DNA of 64,000 bases from positions 949,479 to 1,013,478 of the forward strand of contig NW_014577074.1 of the NCBI RefSeq assembly GCF_000485595.1, given 5' to 3'. The DNA comes from Priapulus caudatus (lineage: Eukaryota). This document shows positions 26,501 to 38,500 of this stretch, piece after piece; position 1 is the stretch's first letter, and each line of letters starts with the position of its first letter. Both the position numbers and the translations under genes were made by a program. The notes under the pieces were generated by a model. It did no database searches. It saw only the letters and a program-made list of their open reading frames with translations, and was not told the origin of the DNA.

Positions 26501-29500
26501 CACGCTCCTTTCTTTAACAAGATTATGCTGGGAGCCTATGTACGAATAGGCATCGGTAACAACAATGGAAGACCTGTGTACAGGGTATGCAGTGCCATCT
26601 GTAGTAGCTTTGCAGAGATATATGGTTCAGAGACCTTCTAAATATTAGATCATATCATAATATAATTTTTACATACGTGAATTGCGACGTGCATCAGAAA
26701 TGTGACTTTTATAGCTATATGTGACCCGGGTAACCATGTTATTATTGAGAATGTGATCCTGCTTACAATTGTCTGCGTTTACTGGCAGACATGGTGAATA
26801 CAATGAATAGCATGGCCATGTAAGAAATGTACTTGTGTCGCAGATTGCCGAGGTTGTTGAAGTTGTAGAGACAGCAAAGGTTTATCAGCTCGGCTCTACA
26901 CGGACGAATAAAGGTTTGAAGTTAAGGTGAGCCGTTTTTTCTTGTCTTACATTATATAGGGGTCACGCCACGTGTGTAGTGTTTACTGCCAACATTAAAA
27001 TTTTAGTGTCATATAGTGATAGATGCTGGGTGGCAAACTATGAGACAGAGAGGTTTTAACTCGACGTCTGGGCTGATAATGTTTATTCGCCTTCATTGGG
27101 CACTTACATCATTTTGTACAATGGTGGGTACCACTCTTAGCTTTTATTTTTTGGTTGACTATGGTCTTTTGTCTCCTTTTCCAACAGGAAGCCATTTTAA
27201 TGACTATGCTTCATGCTAGTGTGTGCTAAGTGTATGCCTAAAACCACATGCCTAAAACCATATGCCTAAAACAATCAAATGGGGTCACTGTGTGAACACA
27301 AGAGCGACGCGCTCACCTGCTCGATATCCTTGTCGGTGAACTTGAAGTTGAATGCTGTCTGGATGTCCTTCTCCTTCTGGTGTATCTCGTTGAGCGTCGG
27401 CAGCGTGAGGTCGGCGAGCGTCATCGCCTCCTTCCACTTGAAGAACTCGTTCTCCGTGTAGTCGCTGTTCGAGACAAACTCGAGCCGGAAGACCCTCTCC
27501 TGAGAGCCGTGCCTGAGCGAGAACGTGCGCCGAGTGATGAGCAACGTAACTCGCATGGGATAGCTCAGTAGTCGAGCTACGCGGTCGAGTTACATCAACT
27601 TCTCCATGTAGTTTCGCTAGGTTAGCTTGCAAACAAAAACGCTTGCCGCAAACTAGGCAATGAATTGTTAGCGTGTAACTACTGTTTTTAGGCTACACAT
27701 TGTCATAGTGACGTAACTTGACTGGGAGGCTTGCGTAGGAGCTATGCGACGGATGTTACATTTAGTTCTCCATGCAGTTTCACAGCGTTAACCTGCACGG
27801 CTTAGGCGAGAACAGTTGACGCCATTGTGCCATTTAGATATCCTAATACGTATGAATATATGCCATGTTTTTGCAAAAATAAAATGACAAATTACACTTT
27901 ACATATTTCTAGAATAGCCTAAGGTAAGTTAATGTTGACTGAAGCTTCAGTGATCTAGAATGCAATGGTTTTAGGCATATGGTTTTAGGCATGTGGTTTT
28001 AGGCATATGGTTTTAGGCATGTGGTTGTAGGCATGTGGTTTTAGGCATGTGGTTTCAGGCATATGGTATTAGGCATATGGTATTTGTCATATGGTTTTAG
28101 GCTTATGGTTTTAGGCATATGGTTTTAGGCATATGGTTTTCGTGTACATCGATCTCGACATGGCAGCCATTGTTGCGTTTTAGCGTGGTGATTTTGAATA
28201 TCGTTTTCTAGAACGTCCCATTCTAGTATCAGGGACATTGAATGTTTTTCTCTATGCACAGATCATGCTATAGTTCCAAAAGATTTGTAATGTTGAAAAG
28301 GTGATTAGTTTAAGACATAAGTAGTAAACTATATGATGTGTGGGTGAGTAAATGCATGAAGTTTTTTGGTTACGGACGGATAGCACCTTTGACAGTGGCT
28401 TCATACTTATCAAGTTATGCGTTGCGATACACCATGCTATCGGCATCAGCTAATCGCGTGTATTGTATTTGTATTGCATCTATTTCCAGATCGTGAAGGA
28501 GAAAGATAGATTCAGGAAGAACCCATGTAATTACGCAATGCGCAAGGCTAATCTACAGAAGGCCAAGGTGAGTAATATCACTGACTGATGCATATTTCTC
28601 GTTAAAAAATCATTTAGCCGTTGAGGTAAAAGAGGGATCAGTTAGGGTATCATGGCTAACTCCTCTGGCCCGTGGGGTTTGTGATCCTATTTGATTTATT
28701 CTTTGTGTTAAACAGTTACCTAATTGAATTGTTATAATTAATTATACATCAACGCTACGAAATTTGAATGGCGCTATTGACACCCGCAACCGTGCTGCCA
28801 CCCTGAAAAAGTCGTATTTCCCATTATATTATGCACGTTAGACCGAGGGCTAATCACAAAGATGCAATAATATTTATACCTAAATGCTATTTAATTGAAC
28901 GATGTTCATTTTAGGACAAATTTATCCATAATATAACTGAAACTATATGTCGTTTATAAGATATTACAATCTTTTTGCTTTTAAATTAATAAATAAGGAA
29001 CACCCTCGGTCTGTAGCCCTTGGCTGAAAAGTCGTTTTGCGCAACTTTTCAGATCGTGCGCTTTGAGTGGCGCCACCGTCGTTGTAGTCAAACTGTAGTC
29101 TAATGATGATTGAACCATGAAACTTTTTATGTAGCGTAATTTTAACCTGAATTAACTGAAAATAATCCTAGAACCTAGAGTAAAGGATCCCTTTAAATTG
29201 CTCACTGTCACTGTTTCTGTCGTCGGACATGCACTGGGTTAGACAATGTATTGCAGTGTTAGACTCTGTTGCGGTGACCACCATTGTTAGAAACTACACG
29301 TGTGGCATGCTGGTACCTAGCTGACATTGTCCTGACACCAGGTTAACACTGCTGACACAGCTGACAATGTGCTAACACTGTACTGACACCCTGCTGACAA
29401 TGTGCTGACACTGTACTGACACCCTGCTGACAATGTGCTAACACTGTACTGACACCCTGCTGACAATGTGCTTACTCCATGCTAACATTGTGCTTACACT

Positions 29501-32500
29501 GTGTTAACAATGCTGACACAGCTGCCAGTGTGCTAAAAAGCACTGACTGAGCACCCTGCTGACAAATGTTCTTACTCACATGCCTAAGCATTGTAGCTTA
29601 GCACTGTGTTAACAATGCTGACACAGCTGGCCAGTGTGGCTAACACTGGTACTGACAACCTGGCTGACAATGTGGGCTTACTCCATGCTAACATTGTGGG
29701 CTTAGCAGCTGTGTTAAGCAATGGCGACACAGCCTGGCCAGCTGTGCTCACACTGGTAGGTGAGCACACCTGGGCTGACAATGTGCTGACACTAGGCTAA
29801 CATTGCTGAAACAGCTGACAGTGTGCTTATAATGTACTAACACTGTGCTGACATTGGTTGGACACTGCGCTGACATGTGCTGACACCTGGTGCTAACACG
29901 GCGCGCTGGCACTGTCTCGACCAGACCAAGCATGCAGGTTTACATGATGTGGCTGATACTAGGGTCTACCCCGAGCTGACATGATCGTGCTGATACTGGT
30001 CTAACACGCAGGCTGACATGATGTGGCTGATAGGGTGGTCTAACACCGAGGCTGACATGATGTGGCTGATACTGGTCTAACCGGCAGGCTGACATGATGT
30101 GCTGATAACCTGGTCTATACACCAGGCTGACATCATGTGCTGATACTGGTCTACAGCCAGGCTTGGACATGATTGGCTGATAGCTGGTCTACAGCCCAGG
30201 CTGACATGATGTGCTGATACTGGTCTAGACCCAGCTGACATGGATGTGCTGATAGCTGTTCTAGACACGCAGGCTGAGGCATGATTGTGGCTGATAGGCT
30301 GGTTCTAACACCAAAGCTGACATGATGTGGCTGATAGCTGTCTAACACGCAGGCTGAGCATGATGTGGGCTGATACTGGTACTAACACCGGCACCAGGGC
30401 TGACATGATGTGCTGATACTGGTCTAAAACCAGGCTGACATTGATTGGGCTGATAGCTCGGTCTGAACACGGAGGCTGAGATGATGTGGCTGATAGCTGG
30501 TCTAACACGGCAGGCTGACCATGTGGCTGAGCACCAGACCACATCAGGCTGACATGATGTGCTGATACTGGTGTATTACACGCTTAAGCTGAGCATGTAT
30601 TTGTGGCTGATTACTTTGGTCTACCCCAGGGCTGACATGATGTGCTGATACTGGTCTAACACCCCAGGCTGAACATGATGTGTGATACCTGGTCTAACAT
30701 CAGGCTGACATGATGTGGCTGATACTGGTCTAACACCAGGGCTGACATGATGTGCTGATACTGGTCTAAAGGCCCAGGCTGACTGATGTGCTGATAGCTG
30801 GTCTAACACCAGGCTGACATGATGTGCTGTGCAGGAGTGGGGCTGGTCGGTAACAGCCAGCGACATGATTGGGCTGATACTGGTCTAACACGCGAGGCTG
30901 ACATGATGTGCTGATAGGCTGGTCTAAGCACGCAGGCTGAGCAATGATGTGCTGATAGTGCTGGTCTTAACAGCCAGGGCTGACATGATGTTGCTGATAC
31001 TGGCTAAGCACCAGGCGAGCATGCATGTGGCGATACTCGGTCTAAGCAGGCGCAGCTGACATGATGTTGGCTGATCACTGGTCGCTAACACCAGGGCTGA
31101 CATGATGTGCTGTACTGGTCTAACACGCGAAGGCTGACATGATGTGGCTGTAATACTGGTCTAACACGCTGACATGAATGTGGCTGATACTGGTCTAACA
31201 CCAGGCTGACGATGATTTGCTGATACTGGTCTAACACGCAGGCTGACATGTGCTAACACCAAGACGGCAAACAGCGCAGGCTGACATGATGTGCTGATAC
31301 TGGTCTAACACCAGTGACATGATGTGGGCTGATAGCTGGTCTAAGCACCGAGGCTGACATGTGCTAAGCACCAAGACCTAACACCAGGCTGACATGATGG
31401 GTCTGATACTGGTCTAGCCGCAGCATAGCTGACATGATGTGGGGCTGATACTGGTCTAACACCAAGCTGACATGATTGCTGAATCACTGGTCTATACACC
31501 AGGCCTGATCATGATGTGGCTGATTACTGGTCTAACACCAGGCTGAGCATGATGTGCTGATAGCTGGTCTAGACACCAAGGCGCTGACATGATGCTGCGA
31601 TAGCTGGTCTAACACCAGGCTGACAATGATGTGCTGCATACTGGTCTAACACCAAGCTTGACATGATGTGCTGATACTGGTCTAACACACAAGCTGAGCA
31701 TAGATGTGGCTGATAGGCTGGTCTAACACGCAAGCTGACATGATGTGCCTGATACGCTGGTCTAACAGCACAGGCTGCATGATTGCTGAAATACTGGTCT
31801 ACCCCACGCCAAACGGGCCCCTCGAGGCTGACATGAATGTGCTGATAGCTGGTCTAACACGCAGGCTGACCATGATGTGCTGATAGCTGGTGCTAACACC
31901 AGGCTGACATGTGGCTAAGCACGGCAGACGGCAAACACCAGGCTGACATGATTGCTGATACTGGTCCTAACACGCAGGCGACATGATGTGGCTGATATGT
32001 TCGGCTAACACCAGGCTGACATGATGTTGCTGATATCTGGTCTAAGCAGGCAGGCTGCATGTGCTAACAACCGCAGACGGCAACACCAGGCTGACATGAT
32101 GGTGGCTGATACTGGTCTAACAGCGCAGGCTGACATGTGCTACCCCAACAAACACGGGCAGACGGCACATCTAGCTGACATGATTGTGGCTGATACTGGC
32201 TGCTAACGACGCAAGGGTGAGCATGTGGGGCGCTAACAGCCGACGGCACCATCATGGCTGACATGATGTGGCTGATGCTGGTCTGGTTTGTCTATATTCA
32301 GGGGCGGTACAGGAGATAATTTGGCATATTTTGTTCAGCGTGGTTTGTGTTATAAGCCAATCAGATGTTAATCGCGGTGGCGAAGGAGAGGAGAAGGCTG
32401 GTGGAGAAAGGCAGGAAGGGGAGAAGGGAGCAGGTGGCTGGTAGGAGGGGGAGAAGGGGGCTGGGGAGAAGGAGGAGGGGAGAAGGCTGGCTGGAGGAGG

Positions 32501-35500
32501 TGGTTGGAGAAGGAGGAGGTGGTCGGAGAAGGGGGAGGGAGGTGCCCTTCTCCCTGGCACGGGCACCTTCTCCCTTCTCGGCAGCGGCACCGTTCACGCA
32601 CCCACTTCTCCACCACCTCCTCGGCTTCCGCACCAGCTTCTCCTTCTTCGGCGGCTTCCTTGCATTGGCTCGCCGCACCAGCTTCTCCCCCTCCTGCCTT
32701 CCCACCAGCTTGCTCGCCGCTCTGCTCCTTCTCCACCACCTTTTACGCTCTGGCGCCCTTCCTCCTTCTGCCACGAGGCTTCTCCGGGCCTCGCTTCTGC
32801 CACTAGGCGTCTGCGTCCTCCTCCCACGCACTTCTGCCCTTCCTCGGGCGGCTTCGCTCTGCCAGGGCGGCAGGCTTCTCGCCCTGCCTCTTCTTCCCTC
32901 CACCACCTTCTCGGCGCTTCTCTCCTTCCTGCTTGCTCGCACCTAGCTGTCTCGCGCGCGCTCCTCCTCCACCACCTTCTCCCTTCTTCGCCCTTGCGCT
33001 CCCTGCTTCACGTATCTTCTTCACAGCTGGAAGTGACGTCAGCGAACACGCGATTATGGGCATCTAATTGGTTATAACACAAACCACGTGATAAAATATG
33101 GCACCATTTATGCTCGCTGTAAGGCCGGGCCTGAATGATTAGCCAAACCGGCTAACTGGTCTAACACGGCAGGGCTGAGGCATGAGTGGGGGGCTGATAC
33201 TGGTCTAACACGGCAGGCTGAGCATGATGTGGCTGGATACTGTCTAACAGCGGGCAGCCTGACATGATGTTGGCTGATACGGTCTAACGACCCCGGCTGA
33301 CATGATGTGGCTGATACCGGTCTAACACCAGGGCTGACATGTGCTAACACCAGACCACCCCACCAGGCTGACATGATGTTGGCTGATACTGGTCTCACAC
33401 ACGGGCAAGGCTGACATGATGTGCTGATACTGGTCTAAGCATCAGGCTGACATGTACTGTGGGGGCTGATACTGGTCACTAACACGGGGGCAGTGCTGAC
33501 ATGATGTGCTGATAGCTGGTCTAACAGGGCAGCTGACATGATGTGCTGATAGTGGTCTATAGCACCAGGCTGACATGATGTGGGCTGATACTGTCCACAC
33601 GGGCAGGCTGAATGTGCTCCACACCAGACAACACCGAGGGCTGATCATGATGTGGGGGGGCTGATACGGGTCTACAGCACCAGGCTGAGCATGATGTGGG
33701 CTGATACTGGTCTACAGCGCAGGCTGACATGATGTGCTGATACTGGTCTATACCAGGCTGACATGTGGCTAACAGCGGCGAGAGCGGCAACAGCCAAGGC
33801 TGACCTGATGTGGGCTGATACTGGTCTAACAGCAGGCCTGAACTAATGATGTGGCTGATACTGGTCTAACATCAGGCTGACATGATGTCTGATCCGGTCT
33901 AACACGCAGGCTGAGCATGATGTGGGCTGATACTGGTCTAACACCAGGCTGAGCTGATGTGCTGATACTGGTCTAAACACCAGGCTGACATGACTGTGGC
34001 TGATAGCTGGTCTAACAGCCGAGGCTGACATGTGCTAACCGCAGACGGCAACACCCGGCTGAGCAGTGATGTGGGCTGAATACTGGTCTAAGCAGGCAGG
34101 CTGACATCTGTGGGCTGATACTTGGTCTAACGCCAGGGCTGACATGTGCTAACAGACCAGACGCAACACCAAGGCTGACATGATGTGCTGCTAACTGGTC
34201 TAAACACCAGGCGACATGATCTGATACTGGGTCTAACACCCAAGCTGACATGATGTGGGGGCGTCTGGTGCTACACACGGCGGCGACATGTACCCTGATA
34301 CTGGCTAAGCACGGCAGGCTGACATGTACTAACACCAGGGCAACACCGCGCTGGCACTGTACTGATACTGGTCTAAAGCACGCGCTTCTGGCTGTAGCTG
34401 ATAGGGCTGGCTAACACGCACGCCTGACACTGTGGGGGGCTGACAGCGGCAAAAATCAGGCGTGACATGCTACTAACCAGAGGGGCAACACGACCGCGTT
34501 GGCCAGTCGTACGACACCGGGTCAACATCAGCTAGCCCACTGTTCTAACAGTCTGCAGCTGTATTGGTGGGGGCAGTCGATTGCATGAGCAGCGATGTAA
34601 CAACTGAGGCGGACGTGGACAAGCTGACGGAACAGCTCGGGCGCCCTGGAAGAGCGGGCCGAGGAGCTCGATCGCATTCGCACGGGCAACATCTCTGCCA
34701 TCAGCTACATCAACCAGCGAAACCGACAGCGCAACATCCCTCCGAAGCTGAGATACATAGTGGTGAGTGCGCGGGGCAGGCCCGGCCCAGTGCAGAACGC
34801 TGGTGTGGGGGGCTGTGTGGCACATGTGGGCAAATGGCAAATGTGTAGGATGCTCTCCAACGGCTGCGCGCAGTGCTGCCCCGCGGCATTACTCGTCGCA
34901 TTACTCGTTGCATTACTATGCCGCATCTAACGTAGCATTACTTGCCGCATCTAACGTAGCAGAGACGCACACCCTGCGGTGCCAGCGTGTATAATAATGA
35001 ATAATAAGCGTAATAATCTCGGTGCATATATTTTGACGTCCAGCCGTCTCTGCTACGTTAGTTGCACACTCATTGCATTACTACACCTATTTGGTGCAGA
35101 GGCGTCCAGCCGTCTCCGGCTCCGGCGTTAGTTGCACACTCATTGCATTACTACACCTATTTGGTCGACGTCCAGCCGTCTCCGCTACGTTAGTTGCACA
35201 CTCATTGCATTACTACACCTATTTGGTCGACGTCCAGCCGTCTCCGCTACGTTAGTTGCACACTCCATCTGCATTAGCTACACCTCCATTTGCGTCAACG
35301 TCCGCAGCCGTTCCCGGGCTACGTTAGTTGCACACTCATTGCATTACTACACCTATTTGGTCAACGTCCAGCACACCCTGGAGTCTTTAAGTTGAGGCAC
35401 ACCCCTAGCGCAGGCCTCTCGTTTGCGTATATACACCACCGTCGGTCTCGTTTGCCGTTTGCCCGCCGCACAGCAAGAGGTGCAGGAGATGCGCAACGCG

Positions 35501-38500
35501 GGCGGCCAGGCGGACCGGCGTTCACGGGGCGGCGCAAGTGTCTGCCGACGATGGTTACGAAGACGCGCGACAACGTCCCGACCGAGCATCCCGGGGGGCG
35601 AAGCCTAGCGCAGGCAAGCAGCGGACCGTGACGGCCCGCGACCCTCGGCCCGGGGGGCCGGGGGGAGGGCGGCCCTCGGCCGGGGCCGCCGCCAATACCG
35701 ACGAGCACAGACTGCAGGTATGTAGGTGTGAGGAGGGTGGAACGGGTGAGTGACGTGCCGCTGCGCCAGGGTTCTCCAAGAGCACTTATAGCCTGGCGCC
35801 CGCAGGCTATCGTCGAGCCCACCAACGCTAAACATGCCACCGCGCCACTCCTAAATATCATAGCCGCCATGCTAAAATTAGCTAAAAAAATGCTAAAACC
35901 AGGAGGCCGAATAGGGCAGCCCCCCGGCCAATGCGCTATAATTGAAAAAGCTTGAGAACCCTGATGCGCGCGTCCGTACATCGAGGTTAAGAGCGTCAGT
36001 TGTTCGTAGGAAAAAAAAAAAAAAAAAAAGAAAAAACAGGCAGCCAGAAATTAAAATGCTGGAAAGCGAGGATAGCGATCAGGGGGGGGGGGGGGGGTCA
36101 AATTTCGCCATGGTACCGCATTTCAGGAGCGTGTACAGGTTTTGTAGCGCAGGGGGGGGGGGCTCTAAGCCATAACGCGACAGTGTGGCGAGCACGCGCG
36201 GAAGTGGGGGTCAGGGGGCCCTCCCAGAATCATTTTTGAAATTAGACGCCGTTAAGATTGTGGGCGTTTGCCTGCCGGGGGCAGCATGGCGGCACGTCGT
36301 CGAGCTGCCAGTAGATGTGTGTTTTGCTCAGACAGGCGTGCAGAATGAATATATGTGGTGGTGTTCCAGTATTGTGAAATTAATCAGAAGTAATAATTAC
36401 GAGAGGCATGTGGTCTTTATAATAGCCCAGCTTGGCAGCAGTGTAGGAATAGCGTGGGCTGGTATGATTGTTGTATTAGGGCTAGTAGATATACATTGTC
36501 TAACCATGCGTGGCGTAGTAAGTTGACAAACCCTTATTCTAAGACTATGTTCCCGTGGTTTTTTAAGCCGCTCCAATAGTGTGAAGCTTCTGTTGAAAGC
36601 CATTCAACACAATTATCTCATATTATATAGTTGCCAGATGATTGTTCGATGCTCAAGCGTGCTTCTAGCTTCAGCAAGCAAACTTGTTGGCTGTGGTTAT
36701 TGAGCTGGATATGTTTACGAGTACTGCGAGGGTAAGTCCATTACGAAAAGGCGATCGCCCTGCCGGCCCTTCACAGGAAGAACCTGTTCTCTGGCAGCAC
36801 GATTTTTGATATCAAGATAGATCTTGAGGTCCCAGCCTATCAGGTAAGCATCAGCAGCTGCGGTCTCAAATGTTTTATAAGATTTAATGTTGTTGCAAAT
36901 TTTTGCAAATGAAGATGTGTATACACTGCAGTGTTGGATTATCTTGAATGCAGTAAAAGCTAGTATCGAAATTACCAAAAAAGATATAAGTATAATTTAA
37001 AGATGTGTGAGATGCTTTCTAGAGTGCATTTTACGTGTCTAATAACATCAAGTAAATTAAGGCCATTGATACTGAAAACGCATTAATGGCAAACTAACCT
37101 TCTCTCCGGTTCTTTCTTCACACCCATCTTTGGTGCACTGAATGTTGCAGTAGCTTCATTCGCCTTGAAAACAAACACCAAATTCAGTTTCCTTGTCGGC
37201 GAAGTCTAGTTACTTGCAGACAGCACTTGACACACCCTGTATAGTATACACGGGGTCAGAAATAATTTGAAAATTTACATGCCAGTTCGGGCCGTGTAGG
37301 TAAGGGATTTTACAGCCGCGGAACAGGCAAATTACAGGCCCGTATCATTCCGGCAGATCCTGCAGAAATTAAAAAATAAAGACTCGAAAGTTGAAATTTT
37401 TGTGACAATGGCTTATTTAGGCAGTATTATGTATTACAAAGAAGCATATTCAGTGATACTAATGAGCTGTCAGAATTCTCGATTGTCGCTCCCTGGTGTC
37501 TTACTCTCGGACTCTTTCTTAAGCTGTTGCTGGGCTTGGCAGCTACGGAATAGAATGTGCACATCGATTTTCTAACTGGCCCGTCGGCGTTGCTAGTATT
37601 AGAAATGTCAGCCGCGAGCACTTAAAATATGGGCATCGGGCCCGCGGGTTAGGATTTGAGCACCATGGTATAAATAAGTGTATCATTGGGCTGTTCGTTG
37701 CTAGGCCACCACACTGCCCGTTGTGCTGCCCAAACCATCCCCGCCATTAGTGGATAGACGCGGCACCCGGCCGCTACCTGCAACCGTCCGAAGCTTACAC
37801 AGAAACGCAGAGGACTTAATATGCACTGCCTGCATGTAGTGCGATCATCAGTGGTGCACCACCTGTAATATACCTGTAATATAGGCTGCCAAGCCTCGAT
37901 AACTTTGGCATGCATGATTCTCTAAAGCAAATGAAGAGCTAATGACATGAAATCTGGTAAAAGTTAAGCTAATTCATGTTCCACCCTTTTTTTATNNNNN
38001 NNNNNTGAAATTAGACCCCTTAGATGCGTTTTCTGCGTGAGCAGTGGTGGGGTCCGGACTTCCTTGACCCCCCCCCCCCCCTGTACACGCCCCTGCATTT
38101 CAGTAAGGCATGACTGTCCAGCACATGGAGGCACGTCAGTGAGTGCCAGTAGAATGTGTGTTTTCTCAGACAGCGTGAGAATGAAACTATGTGGTGTTTC
38201 CAGTATTGTGAAATTAATCAAAGTAATAATTACGAGAGCATGTGGTCTTTAATACCAGCTTGGCAGCAGTGTAGGAATACGTGCTGGTATGATTGTATTA
38301 CTAGTAGAATACATTGTCTAAATCGTGCGAGTAAGTTGACAAACCCTTATCTAACTATTGTTCCCTGGTTTTTAACCGCTTCCAATAGTGTGAACTATTC
38401 TGTTGAAACTCATTCACACAATTATCTCATTTATAATGTTGCCAGATGATTGTTCGAATGCTCAAGGTGCATTCTAGCTTCAGCAAGCAAACTTGTTGCT

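Noticed and set aside
32361..32946. 193-aa Arg-rich and Leu/Ser-rich ORFs on both strands
   Set aside because: Low-complexity GC-rich interior of a TIR element; stop-poor by composition
29940..34400. CRISPR-like periodic 35-bp repeats
   Set aside because: Head-to-tail with no unique spacers, no cas genes, eukaryotic intron context
36255..37995. Second RTF1 paralogue or pseudogene
   Set aside because: Indels are uniform across exon and intron, it abuts an N-gap and appears to interrupt a MITE (36124…38096); best explained as over-filled read sequence from the other haplotype
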